A DNA stretch of 62,694 nucleotides from Myxococcota bacterium. GTDB taxonomy: Bacteria; Myxococcota_A; Polyangia; Fen-1088. This document shows positions 16,844-26,115 of this stretch, piece by piece. The translations under genes were made by a program, and so were the position numbers. Below the pieces are notes generated by a model. That model saw nothing but the letters and a program-made list of their open reading frames with translations, searched no databases and was not told the origin of the DNA. The DNA lies in contig JBKPRZ010000272.1 in the NCBI GenBank assembly GCA_046734815.1, positions 1 to 62,694 on the forward strand. The letters run 5' to 3'. Positions within the stretch are counted from its first letter, which is position 1, and each line of letters starts with the position of its first letter.

Positions 16844-17683
16844 ATGGACGGCAAAGGAGACCCGGCCCGACCGCTCGACGGCGTGCGCGTGGCGCTGGCC
16901 GAGACGCGGGAGCTGGATCGGCTGGCCACCATCCTGGAGAGCGACGGAGCGGCCACCGTCCGCTGCCCGCTGGTGGCGATCCTCGACACGCCCGACAGCG
17001 AGCCGGTGGACGCCTGGCTCCGCGAGCTGGCCGGGGGCGGGTTCGACGACCTCATCTTCCTGACCGGCGAGGGGCTGCGGCGGCTGCTGGCCCGGGCCCA
17101 GCGCATCGGCCTTCACGACCAGGCGCTGGCCGCCCTCGGGCGCGCGCGCAAGGTCACCCGCGGCCCCAAGCCCGCGCGGGCGCTGCACGAGGTGGGGCTG
17201 TCCACCGACCTGCCGGCCGCGGTCCCCACCTCCCAGGGGGTGATGGAGGCGCTGGCCAGCGAGACCCTGACCGGCCACCGCATCGGGCTGCAGCTGTACG
17301 GCTCGCAACCCAACGAACCGCTGGTCCGCTTCCTTCAGGGCGCGGGCGCCACCGTCCGGGCCGTCTCGCCCTACATCTATGCGCCGGCGTCGGACACCGA
17401 CCGCGTGGCCGAGCTCATCAGCGCGATGACCGATGGCCGGATCGACGTCATCACCTTCACCAGCGCCTCCCAGGTCGACCGGCTGTGGGACGTCGCCCAG
17501 GAACGCGCGCTGGAACCGCAGCTGCGGGCCGGTCTCAAGCGCGCCCGGGTGGCCGCCATCGGCCCCATCGTGCGCGAGGCTCTGCAGGATCGGGGCGTGC
17601 GCATCGACATCATCCCCGAGGAACCGTTCATCCTGAAGCGCCTCACCGCCGCCATCGTGGCGGCTATGGCTCGGCCGGCCTGA
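16844..17683 (+). CDS. hemD: Uroporphyrinogen-III synthase
   Basis: This is the in-frame ATG ([18 protein letters not shown]...) of ORF 16775..17683. The HemD-like two-lobe pattern is present: [20 protein letters not shown]...[15 protein letters not shown]...RGPKPARAL...[12 protein letters not shown]...[11 protein letters not shown]. The longer ORF start would collide with the divergent gene start at 16775. Confidence 0.7.
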   Translation: MDGKGDPARPLDGVRVALAETRELDRLATILESDGAATVRCPLVAILDTPDSEPVDAWLRELAGGGFDDLIFLTGEGLRRLLARAQRIGLHDQALAALGRARKVTRGPKPARALHEVGLSTDLPAAVPTSQGVMEALASETLTGHRIGLQLYGSQPNEPLVRFLQGAGATVRAVSPYIYAPASDTDRVAELISAMTDGRIDVITFTSASQVDRLWDVAQERALEPQLRAGLKRARVAAIGPIVREALQDRGVRIDIIPEEPFILKRLTAAIVAAMARPA

Positions 17684-19874
17684 GGTCGACCGCGCAGTGC
17701 TTGTAGGCGGGCTGGCGGGAGTGCGGATCGAAGGCGGGGAAGGTCAGGCGGTTCATCGGCTCGTAGTGCATCGGGATGAACAGCTGGCCCGGTTGCACCC
17801 CGTGGGTCACGAAGGCCCGGGCGCGGATCGAGGCCCGCGCCGAGCTGACCTGCACCCAGGCGCCCGGCGCGACGCCGATCCGCCGCGCGTCGGCCGGGCT
17901 GACCTCGACGTAGATGTCCTGCGGGTACAGGCGCCGCAGCACCGCCGACTTGCCGGTACGGGTGTCGGTGTGCCACTGCGCCGAGCTGCCCCGCCCGGTC
18001 AGGAGCACGAACGGGAACGCCCGTGAGGGCAGCTCGGGCGGAGGCCGGGGCGTGTCGACGATCAGCCGGGCGCGACCGTCCGCGTGGAAGAAGCGCCCGT
18101 CCGCGAACAGACGGCGCTCACCTTCGTCGGCGGTGGCGCCCGCGGGCAGCGGCCACTGGATGCCGCCGGCGTCCTCCAGCGCCTGGTAGTCCGGGATGCC
18201 GCTGAAGTCGCAGGGCCGGTCCCGCGACAGCTGCCGGAGGATCTGGAAGACCGCCTCGGGGCTGCTCCAGGCCCGGAACATGTCCCCGCAGCCCCAGGCC
18301 TCTGCCACCAGCCGGAAGATCTGGAAGTCGGCCAGCGCCTCGCCGGGGGCGCGCGCCACCTTCTTGGTCAACCCGATCCGCCGCTCGGAGTTGATGAAGG
18401 TGCCCTCCTTCTCGCCCCACCCGGCCGCCGGCAGCACCAGGTGCGCCAGCTGGGCGGTCTCGGTGGTGGCGTACATGTCCTGGACCACCAGGAACTCCAG
18501 CCGCCCCAGCAGGTCGCGCGCGTACAGCTGGTTGATCCAGGAATGGGCTGGATTGGTGGCCACGATCCACAGGCCGCGAATCTCGCCGGACAGGACCTTC
18601 TCGAAGATCTGATCGTAGGCGGCGCTGTTCTGCCGGGGGATGCGGCCCTCGTCGATCCCCAGCAGCCCCGCCACCTCGGCGCGGTGCTGCGGGTTCTCGA
18701 AGCTGCGCCCGCCCAGCAGGTTGGTGGTGTTGCTGAACAGCCGCGAGCCCATGGCGTTGCACTGGCCGGTGATCGAGTTGGCGCCGGTGCCCGGCCGCCC
18801 GATGTTGCCGGTGATCAGCGCCAGATTGATGATCGCCTGGGCGGTGCGGGTGGACTCGTGCCCCTGGTTCACGCCCATGGTCCACCAGAACGACACCCGC
18901 TTGCCCTGGTGGATCAGCTGGGCCAGGGCGGCGATCCGTTCGGCCGCCAGCCCGGTGGCCGCCGCCGCGCGTTCCAGGGTGAAGTCCGCCACCGCCGCCT
19001 CCAGCGCCGCGAATCCCTCGGTGTGGGCGTCGATGAAGGGACGGTCGATCCAGCCGTGCGCGATCAGCTCGCGGGCCAGGGCGTACAGCAGCACCAGGTC
19101 CGATTTGGGCGCCAGCGCGAGGTGGTGGCTGGCGGCCATGGCGGTCTCGGTCTTGCGCGGATCGATGACCACGATCGCCGGGCGGTGCGGGTTGCGGCAG
19201 ATGCGCTCCCAGAGGATCGGGTGGGCGATGCACAGGTTCGAGCCGACCAGGACGATGACGTCCGACTCCTCGAAGTCCCGGTAGGTGAAGGGGGGCGCGT
19301 CGAAGCCGAAGGCCTCCTTGTACGCGGTGGCGGCGGTGGCCATGCACTGGCGGGTGTTGCCGTCGCCGTGGATCATGCCCATCCCGAACTTGGCCAGCGC
19401 ACCCAGCAGCGCCAGCTCCTCGGTGACTATCTGGCCGGTGCCGAGCCACGCCACCGCACCCGGCCCGTGGCGGTCCTGGATGGCCTTGAAGCGCCGGACC
19501 ATGGTGTCCATCGCCACCATCCAGGAGACTGGCTCGAGCTTGCCGCGGCGGTTGCGCAGCAGCGGGACCGTCGCCCGGTCGGACGCGGCCAGCGGGGTCA
19601 GCGCCTCCCAGCCCTTGGGGCAAGCCATCCCCAGGTTCACCGGATGGGCGGTGGTCGGACTGAGGTTGATGGCTTGCCCGTCGCGCAGGTGCACGTTCAG
19701 CCCGCAGCCGGTCGAGCAGAAACCGCAGACCGAGGTGGTGGTGCGGTCGGGGGCCAGGCGTTGCGGCACCTTGCCCAGACCGTGGCGGCCCGGTTCCAGG
19801 AGCAGATCGCGCGTCAGCGGTCCGTCCGGCGCATGCAGCAGCCGGCGCAGGTCATCGGCCGAGGGCGCCCTCAT
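17664..19874 (-). CDS. nasA: Molybdopterin oxidoreductase, assimilatory nitrate reductase-like catalytic subunit
   Basis: The N-terminal 4Fe-4S motif is [12 protein letters not shown]...GMACPKG, followed by MopB-family blocks ([44 protein letters not shown]). There is no twin-arginine signal. ATG 19874 overlaps the upstream stop (ATGA). The gene lies in an operon with nirBD. Confidence 0.75.
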   Translation of the reverse strand: MRAPSADDLRRLLHAPDGPLTRDLLLEPGRHGLGKVPQRLAPDRTTTSVCGFCSTGCGLNVHLRDGQAINLSPTTAHPVNLGMACPKGWEALTPLAASDRATVPLLRNRRGKLEPVSWMVAMDTMVRRFKAIQDRHGPGAVAWLGTGQIVTEELALLGALAKFGMGMIHGDGNTRQCMATAATAYKEAFGFDAPPFTYRDFEESDVIVLVGSNLCIAHPILWERICRNPHRPAIVVIDPRKTETAMAASHHLALAPKSDLVLLYALARELIAHGWIDRPFIDAHTEGFAALEAAVADFTLERAAAATGLAAERIAALAQLIHQGKRVSFWWTMGVNQGHESTRTAQAIINLALITGNIGRPGTGANSITGQCNAMGSRLFSNTTNLLGGRSFENPQHRAEVAGLLGIDEGRIPRQNSAAYDQIFEKVLSGEIRGLWIVATNPAHSWINQLYARDLLGRLEFLVVQDMYATTETAQLAHLVLPAAGWGEKEGTFINSERRIGLTKKVARAPGEALADFQIFRLVAEAWGCGDMFRAWSSPEAVFQILRQLSRDRPCDFSGIPDYQALEDAGGIQWPLPAGATADEGERRLFADGRFFHADGRARLIVDTPRPPPELPSRAFPFVLLTGRGSSAQWHTDTRTGKSAVLRRLYPQDIYVEVSPADARRIGVAPGAWVQVSSARASIRARAFVTHGVQPGQLFIPMHYEPMNRLTFPAFDPHSRQPAYKHCAVDLRPAEP

Positions 19875-21583
19875 CGCAGCCCGCCCGGCATGCGCGAGGC
19901 GGGAGCCGCCTGGAAGAACAGCCGCCGCTCGAGAAGCTCGCCCGCGAGCAGCGCCAGCAAGGCCAGACTGGCCGCGATCGGGTGATCGCCGGTCCGCTCC
20001 GCGCCCAGCCAGAGCAGCCACCCGGGCACCAGCAAGCCGCCGATCGCGCCCAGCAGGAAGCGGGCCACCGTCACCCGCCGGAGGTCGCCCACCATCAGCA
20101 GGGCCACGCGCTTGCCGGCGGTGTGCTGCCGGTGGCCCAGCTGGGCCAGCACCGAGGCGTCCGCCGCCAGCTTGAGGGCCGCCGCCGCCAGCAGGGCGGT
20201 CAGCAGCGCCCGCGTCGGCGCCGCCGAGTACCCGGGGCGCGCCACCAGGGCGGACGATACCTCCACCACCGCCAGGGTCCCGGCCACCCCGAGCACGGCG
20301 GTGGTGCCGAAGAACCTGATGCCGGTGTGGACCCCGGCCCAGTGGGCGCGCCGGGTGGCCGCGTACACCATCACCGAGCAGAAGACGCTGGCCAGCCCCA
20401 GGCCCACCGCCGCCAGCTCCCAGGTCGCCGGATGGGCCAGGCCAGGCAGGTGGAGGCCGGGCACCAGCGAGACCGCGTAGGCCGTGCCGGCGCCGGCGAA
20501 CAGACCGAAGCCGAGCGCCTCGCGGCTGAGCCAGGAGGTGCGCAGCCCCAGCACCGCCCGGAAGGCGTATTGCGGCCGCCCCAGGTGCAACACGCTGGCC
20601 CCCAGCGCCAGGAATCCCAGGGCCAGCGCCACGCCGGCGTGCGCGAGCGCCCAGGGGCCCTCCGTCGGCAGGCCGAGCAGCCGCCGCGCCACCGCGCCCA
20701 GGGCGAAGGCGCCCACCGCCAGCTGCGTGAGCACCAGCATCACCACCAGCGGCGGGTGGGCGTGTTCGGGACTGACCCGGTAAAAGTCCGCCGGCAGCAG
20801 GTTCGGCGGCACCGCCCGCGCGCTCCGGTAGACGGTGGTCGGCACGGTGTGGTCCGGCGCGGGAGCGCCCGGCAGGAAGGTCCCCGCCTCGCTGGCCTCC
20901 ACCGCCTGCAGCTGATCGACCACCCGGATGCGGATGGCCTGGTTCGGGCAGCCCTGCACGCAGGCGGGGGCCTCACCACCCGCCAGCCGGTCCGAGCAAA
21001 GATCGCACTTGCGGACGATCCCGCGAGCCGCGTTGTACTTGGGAGCGTCGTACGGGCACATCAGCGTGCAGTACTGGCAACCGAAGCACTGGTCATCCAG
21101 GTGGCGCACGATCCCGGTGACCGGATCTTTCTCGTAGGCCCCCACCGGGCAGCCGCGCATGCACGCCGGGTCCACGCAGTGGTGGCAGGAGGTGGTCACG
21201 GTCTGCTGGGCAGGGCTCTCGCTGGACCCGCCGTGCAGCAGCCCCACCGTGCGCCACACCTCGCCCTCGTCGAGGCCGTTCAGGTTGTGGCAGGCGGCCA
21301 CGCAGGCCTTGCACCCGGTGCAGGCGTCCAGATCCACCTCGAAGGCGTATTGCTGGCCGGCGGCCGGGCGCTGCAGCGGGATCAGGTCGCGGTAGTAGCG
21401 CGCCTGCGCCGGGGTGCTGTGGGTCTCGTGCTGGCGGGCGAAACGTTCGACCGCGGTCAGATCGCCCTGCTCGCGCAGCAGCGCCTGCACCAGGTCCAGG
21501 CCAGTGCCGGCCGCCGGCTCGGCCAGCTTCAGGCGGGGGCTGCGGACGACCGAGGATCCGGGGATCGGCGAAGCGTTGGACAA
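19871..21583 (-). CDS. Fusion of a DmsB-like poly-[4Fe-4S] ferredoxin domain and a DmsC-like polytopic membrane anchor
   Basis: The Cys clusters are [38 protein letters not shown] and CDLCSDR...CVQGCP. They are followed by about 8 hydrophobic helices ([20 protein letters not shown] and onward). No in-frame ATG exists downstream of the nirD stop. The proposed start is TTG 21583, 8 nt after that stop, with GAAAGG upstream. Alternatives are CTG 21595 and GTG 21490. Confidence 0.7.
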   Translation of the reverse strand: MSNASPIPGSSVVRSPRLKLAEPAAGTGLDLVQALLREQGDLTAVERFARQHETHSTPAQARYYRDLIPLQRPAAGQQYAFEVDLDACTGCKACVAACHNLNGLDEGEVWRTVGLLHGGSSESPAQQTVTTSCHHCVDPACMRGCPVGAYEKDPVTGIVRHLDDQCFGCQYCTLMCPYDAPKYNAARGIVRKCDLCSDRLAGGEAPACVQGCPNQAIRIRVVDQLQAVEASEAGTFLPGAPAPDHTVPTTVYRSARAVPPNLLPADFYRVSPEHAHPPLVVMLVLTQLAVGAFALGAVARRLLGLPTEGPWALAHAGVALALGFLALGASVLHLGRPQYAFRAVLGLRTSWLSREALGFGLFAGAGTAYAVSLVPGLHLPGLAHPATWELAAVGLGLASVFCSVMVYAATRRAHWAGVHTGIRFFGTTAVLGVAGTLAVVEVSSALVARPGYSAAPTRALLTALLAAAALKLAADASVLAQLGHRQHTAGKRVALLMVGDLRRVTVARFLLGAIGGLLVPGWLLWLGAERTGDHPIAASLALLALLAGELLERRLFFQAAPASRMPGGLR

Positions 21584-21591
21584 GGAGCGAC

Positions 21592-21963
21592 TCAGCCTTT
21601 CGGATCCGGGATCTGCACCTCCACCCGCCCGTCGCACACGCGCACCAGGTAGGTCCGCAACGACACGGTAACGTCGTCGAGGCACTGACCGGTGCGCAGA
21701 TCGAAGCTCTGCTTGAAGATGGGCGAGGCCACCTTCGGCACGCCCGCCCGATCGCCCACGATCCCCCGCGACAGCACGAACGCCTGGCTGAAGGGATCGA
21801 AGTTCTGCACGGCGTACACCTGGGCGGCCCCCACCCGGAACACCGCCACCTGCTTGCCGGCCAGCAGGGCGCAGACCCCGGTGTCGGGCAGGATGTCGTC
21901 CAGCTGGCACACCGCCACCCAGCCCGGATCGGCGGCGGGGTCGATCGCCCGCGCGGCCAGCAT
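21592..21963 (-). CDS. nirD: Nitrite reductase [NAD(P)H] small subunit (Rieske-like fold)
   Basis: The 123-aa protein contains WVAVCQLDDILPDTGVCALLAGKQVAVFRV...NFDPFSQAFVLSRGIVGD...VASPIFKQSFDLRTGQCLDD, typical of NirD. Its ATG shares one nucleotide with the nirB stop (TGATG at 21963). Confidence 0.85.
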   Translation of the reverse strand: MLAARAIDPAADPGWVAVCQLDDILPDTGVCALLAGKQVAVFRVGAAQVYAVQNFDPFSQAFVLSRGIVGDRAGVPKVASPIFKQSFDLRTGQCLDDVTVSLRTYLVRVCDGRVEVQIPDPKG

Positions 21964-24509
21964 CAGATGCCCTCCTCCACCAGCGCGGCCTTCTCGGTCC
22001 AGCGGGCGGCGCGGTGCTGCTGCCGCAGCGGCACGTGCACGATGCTGGGGTCGGAGGCGTCGCTGTTGACGAAGGGCCGGAACCGCCGCAGCCGGTCCGG
22101 GTCCTCGATGGTGGTCTTCCACTCGCACTGGTAGCTGTCCACCACCCGCTGCATCTCGCGCTCCAGCTCGTCGGCGATGCCCAGCGAGTCGTCGATGATC
22201 ACCTCGCGCAGGTAATCGATGCCGCCCTCCAGCTTGTTGAACCAGGTGGCGGTCCGCTCGAGCCGATCAGCGGTGCGGACGTAGAACATCAGGAAGCGGT
22301 CGACGTACCGGATCACGGTGGCCTCGTCCAGGTCCGAGGCCAGCAGCTGCCCGTGCTGCGGCTTCATGCCGCCGTTGCCGCAGACGTACAGGTTGTAGCC
22401 GCGGTCGGTGGCGATCACCCCGAAGTCCTTGCCCTGGGCCTCGGCGCACTCGCGCGCGCAGCCCGAGGCGGCGCCCTTCAGCTTGTGGGGGCTGCGCAGG
22501 CCCTTGTAGCGGTTCTCCAGGGTGATGGCCATGCTGACCGAGTCCTGCACGCCATAGCGGCACCAGGTGCTGCCCACGCAGGACTTCACCGTGCGCAGGG
22601 CCTTGCCGTAGGCGTGGCCCGACTCGAACCCGGCGGCGATCAGGTCGCGCCAGACGTGCGGCAGCTGGTCCACCCGGGCACCGAACAGGTCCACCCGCTG
22701 GGCGCCGGTGATCTTGCTGTACAGGCCGTAGCGCTTGGCCACCTCGCCCAGCGCGATCAGCTGGTCGGGCGTGATCTCGCCGCCGGGGACCCGCGGCACT
22801 ACCGAATAGGTCCCGTCCCGCTGCATGTTGGCCAGGAAGCGGTCGTTGGTGTCCTGCAGCCCGACGTGTTCGTCCTTGCCGATGTATTCGTTGAAGGTGG
22901 AGGCCAGGATCGAGGCCACCGCCGGCTTGCAGATCTCGCAGCCGCGCCCGGCCCCCTCGCGCTCGATCACCTCGTCGAAGGTGCGCAGCTGGTGCACCCG
23001 GATCAGGTGATAGAGCTCCTGGCGCGAGTGGGCGAAGTGCTCGCACAGGCGGTTGGACACCGCCACCCCGGCGCGCTTCAACTCCGCCTTCAGCAGGTCG
23101 CTGAGCAGGGTCACGCAGGAACCGCAGCCGGTGCCGGCCCGGGTGCAGGACTTGATCCCCGCCACCGCGGTCAGCTTCTGCGCGCCGATCGCCTCGCAGA
23201 TGGCGCCCTTGGCGACGTTGTGGCAGCTGCAGATGAGGGCGCTGTCGGGCAGGCCGTCGATCCCAAGTCCGGCCGGCTTGCGGCCATCGCGGCCGGCCGG
23301 CAGGATCAGGTCCTCCGGGTGGGGGGGCAGCACCAGCTTGTTGCGGCAGATCTGGTGCAGCTGACCGTAGCTGGCCGCGTCTCCCACCAGGATCCCGCCC
23401 AGCAGCAGCTGCTTGTCGGCGCTGACCACCAGCTTCTTGTAAACGCCGGTCGCGGTGTCGGCGATGCTGACGGTGTGCGCCCCCGCCTCCAGGGCGAAGG
23501 CGTCGCCGAAGCTGGCCACGTCCACGCCCAGCAGCTTGAGCTTGGTGCTCATGTCGAAGGCGTGGGGCAAGGGCGCGGCGCCGGCCATGAGATCGGCCGC
23601 CGCCGCCTCGGCCATCAGGTAGCCCGGCGCCACCAGGCCATAGGCGCGCCCGTCGTAGGAGGCGCATTCACCGATGGCGTACACGTCGGGATGCGAGGTG
23701 CGACAGCGCCCGTCGATCACGAACCCGCCCCGCGGCCCGATCTCCAGCCCGGCGCCGCGCCCCAGCTCGTCCCGGGGCCGGATGCCGGCGGAGAAGACCA
23801 CCAGGTCGGTCTGCAGCTCGCCGCCGTCCGAGAACAGCAGCGCCACCACGCGGCCGTTCTCCGCCACCACCTCCTTGGTGGTCATGTTCGTGTGCACCGC
23901 CACGCCCAGACCCTCGATGCGCCGCCGGAGGATGGCGCCGCCCAGGTCGTCCACCTGCAGGGGCATCAGACGCGGGGCGGACTCGACGATGTGGGTCTCG
24001 AGGCCCAGGTTGCGGAGGGCGTTGGCCGCCTCCAGCCCCAGCAGGCCGCCGCCGATCACCGTCCCGACGTTCGCACCGGCCGCGTGGGCGGCGATCGCCG
24101 ACAGGTCTTCGACGGTTCGGTACACGAAACAGCCGGGGGTTTTGTTCCCTTTGATCGGGGGTACGAACGGGTACGACCCGGTGGCCAGCACCAGCTTGTC
24201 GTAGGGCAGCTCGGTCCCGTCTGCGCAGCGCACGCGCTTGTGCGCGAGGTCGAGCGCCGCCGCCGCCTCGCCCAGACGAACGTCGATGCCGGCCGCGGCG
24301 TATCGTTCCAGCGTGGTCAGTGCCAGATCGGCCGGCGACTTGCCGTCGAACAGCGACGACAGGTTGACGCGGTCGTAGGACAGCCGCGGCTCGTCGGCCA
24401 GCACCGTCACATGGAACGCGCAGCCGCCCTCCGCCTCGAGCAAGCGCTCGATCAGGCGGTGACCCACCATTCCGTTACCGACGACGATCAACCGCGGCGC
24501 GTGCGACAT
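21963..24509 (-). CDS. nirB: Nitrite reductase [NAD(P)H] large subunit (FAD/NAD, 2Fe-2S, sirohaem-4Fe-4S)
   Basis: The protein starts at MSHAPRLIVVGNGMVGHRLIE with the dinucleotide motif GNGMVG. It has a BFD-like 2Fe-2S motif (CSCHNV...CTRAGTGCGSC) and a sirohaem/Fe-S region (SCVGSTWCRYG...SGCARECAEA). At 848 aa it matches the expected NirB size. Confidence 0.9.
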   Translation of the reverse strand: MSHAPRLIVVGNGMVGHRLIERLLEAEGGCAFHVTVLADEPRLSYDRVNLSSLFDGKSPADLALTTLERYAAAGIDVRLGEAAAALDLAHKRVRCADGTELPYDKLVLATGSYPFVPPIKGNKTPGCFVYRTVEDLSAIAAHAAGANVGTVIGGGLLGLEAANALRNLGLETHIVESAPRLMPLQVDDLGGAILRRRIEGLGVAVHTNMTTKEVVAENGRVVALLFSDGGELQTDLVVFSAGIRPRDELGRGAGLEIGPRGGFVIDGRCRTSHPDVYAIGECASYDGRAYGLVAPGYLMAEAAAADLMAGAAPLPHAFDMSTKLKLLGVDVASFGDAFALEAGAHTVSIADTATGVYKKLVVSADKQLLLGGILVGDAASYGQLHQICRNKLVLPPHPEDLILPAGRDGRKPAGLGIDGLPDSALICSCHNVAKGAICEAIGAQKLTAVAGIKSCTRAGTGCGSCVTLLSDLLKAELKRAGVAVSNRLCEHFAHSRQELYHLIRVHQLRTFDEVIEREGAGRGCEICKPAVASILASTFNEYIGKDEHVGLQDTNDRFLANMQRDGTYSVVPRVPGGEITPDQLIALGEVAKRYGLYSKITGAQRVDLFGARVDQLPHVWRDLIAAGFESGHAYGKALRTVKSCVGSTWCRYGVQDSVSMAITLENRYKGLRSPHKLKGAASGCARECAEAQGKDFGVIATDRGYNLYVCGNGGMKPQHGQLLASDLDEATVIRYVDRFLMFYVRTADRLERTATWFNKLEGGIDYLREVIIDDSLGIADELEREMQRVVDSYQCEWKTTIEDPDRLRRFRPFVNSDASDPSIVHVPLRQQHRAARWTEKAALVEEGI

Positions 24510-24621
24510 GCTGACCCAGGATCTGTAAGGCACCGACTGTTTCGGGACGGTTGCCCGAGGGTTAAAAGACCGGTCGCGCAGAGCCTTGCTGGCGTTACAA
24601 GGCGGGGCTAAGGTTGCCCGC

Positions 24622-26115
24622 ATGCGACGCGCAGGATCGCGTGTGGTGCGGACCGAAAGTCACATCCGGAAGGTCGCGCTGATCGGTCTCGCTTCTGCCG
24701 CGCTCGCCGCCTCCGGCGGTCAGGCCGGGGCGGTGTCCGGACGGGTGGCCTGTCTGACCCGCTCGCGCTCGGACGTGAACCTCGGCCCCTGCACCACGCC
24801 GGACGCGATCGACTACTTCAGCGCTGGCCCCCAGAAGGCCCCGCTGGTGGTGACCAACTTCGGGCTGCTGTTGCCCGGCGATCGCTCGGCCACCTGGCAG
24901 GTGATCTGCGACGACAACTTCGGGCTGCCCAAGCCGCCGCAGATCCGGATGCACCCCGACGGTCGGATCTTCTCGCCCAGCCTGGCGGGGCTGTTCATCT
25001 CCTCCGACGGCTGTTCCTGGACTCACTCGGCCGACATCGCCGACCGGGCGCTGTTCGACCTGGCCATGGATCGGACGGGCACCGACGTGTACGCGCTGGG
25101 AGACATCCCGCGCAAGCTCTGGCATTCGGCCGACGCCGGCAAGACCTTCACCCTGCTCAAGACCTTCCTCGACACCCAGCCGTTCGGCCGGGTGGTGGTC
25201 AGCCCCGTCGACAGCAAGCGCATCTATCTGATCGGGCGCGGCCGGGCCAACTCCACGCCCTTCGCGCGCTCGCGCGACGGCGGGCAGACCTTCGAGTTCG
25301 TCGATCTCGCCACCACCGCCAACCCGCCGCCCGGCCAGGCCCTGGACTTCGTGGCCGCCTCTCCCGACGACGCGGGGACCCTGTACTTCTCGGTCATCAA
25401 CGCCACCGACGGCGATGAGCTGTGGCGCACCACCGACGGCGGCGTGACCGTGTCGATGGTGTTGCGCATGACCGACGCCCTGGCCTTCAGCGGGTTCGCC
25501 TTCGGCGCCACCTCGCAGACGATGTACGTCGCCGGCAGCGATCCGTTCCCGCTGCCCAACGTCCCGCCGGCCAAGCTGTACGTCAGCAAGGACGGCGGCA
25601 AGACCTGGGCGGCGCCCATCGCGTCCGGCCAGGAGGGCCCGCGCTTCCGCTGCCTCAGCTACACCGGCGGGAAGCTGTACGCCTGCGCGGCCGGCGAGCC
25701 CGGCGGCGACCAGTTCCTGATTGGCGTCTCCAGCGACGAGGGCAAGACCTGGGGCCCTGCCGTCAAGCTGGGCCAGGTGAGCGGCGCCAAGACCTGCGTG
25801 CAGCCGATCTGCGTGAAGACGGAAGAATGGCTGTGCGACAACTACTGTTATTGCGCGCCGGGCACCCAGCCCTCCAGCGGCGCCTGCATCTCCCCCGGGG
25901 TGGGGGGCGCGGTCCCCGACGGCGGCGCGCCGGCACCCGACGCCGGCCCCGACGTGCTGCCGATGGGCAATAGCTGCGTGGGCACCGCCTGCAAGGAGAA
26001 GCAGGGGTGGGCCTGCACGGTGGGCGCGCGCGAAACGCGGCCTGGCGTGGCGGCGCTGCTCTGGCTCTCGCTGCTGGTGCTGGTCCGCCGCCGCCGCCGA
26101 CATGCCCGCCGCTGA
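24622..26115 (+). CDS. Secreted BNR/Asp-box repeat protein with a MYXO-CTERM-like C-terminal sorting tail
   Basis: The in-frame ATG gives MRRAGSRVV..., followed by the signal-like stretch VALIGLASAALAASGG. Repeated Asp-box-like motifs are present: SADAGKTF, SRDGGQTF, TTDGGVTV, SKDGGKTW and SSDEGKTW. The C-terminus is GWACTVGARETRPGVAALLWLSLLVLVRRRRRHARR, that is Cys, spacer, hydrophobic helix and Arg cluster. Confidence 0.7.
   Translation: MRRAGSRVVRTESHIRKVALIGLASAALAASGGQAGAVSGRVACLTRSRSDVNLGPCTTPDAIDYFSAGPQKAPLVVTNFGLLLPGDRSATWQVICDDNFGLPKPPQIRMHPDGRIFSPSLAGLFISSDGCSWTHSADIADRALFDLAMDRTGTDVYALGDIPRKLWHSADAGKTFTLLKTFLDTQPFGRVVVSPVDSKRIYLIGRGRANSTPFARSRDGGQTFEFVDLATTANPPPGQALDFVAASPDDAGTLYFSVINATDGDELWRTTDGGVTVSMVLRMTDALAFSGFAFGATSQTMYVAGSDPFPLPNVPPAKLYVSKDGGKTWAAPIASGQEGPRFRCLSYTGGKLYACAAGEPGGDQFLIGVSSDEGKTWGPAVKLGQVSGAKTCVQPICVKTEEWLCDNYCYCAPGTQPSSGACISPGVGGAVPDGGAPAPDAGPDVLPMGNSCVGTACKEKQGWACTVGARETRPGVAALLWLSLLVLVRRRRRHARR

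Noticed and set aside
15372-17063. Long antisense or off-frame ORFs opposite well-supported genes: 15372..17063, 18084..19985, 19982..21652, 22014..24611, 24595..26103, 27580..30255, 30350..32428, 31990..33720, 33488..35038, 40696..41982, 46292..47659, 47563..49506, 51046..52287, 56377..58680, and others.
   Set aside because: All show Arg/Gly/Pro/His/Gln-skewed low-complexity translations without family motifs. Each is fully covered by a gene on the other strand or frame that has clear motifs.
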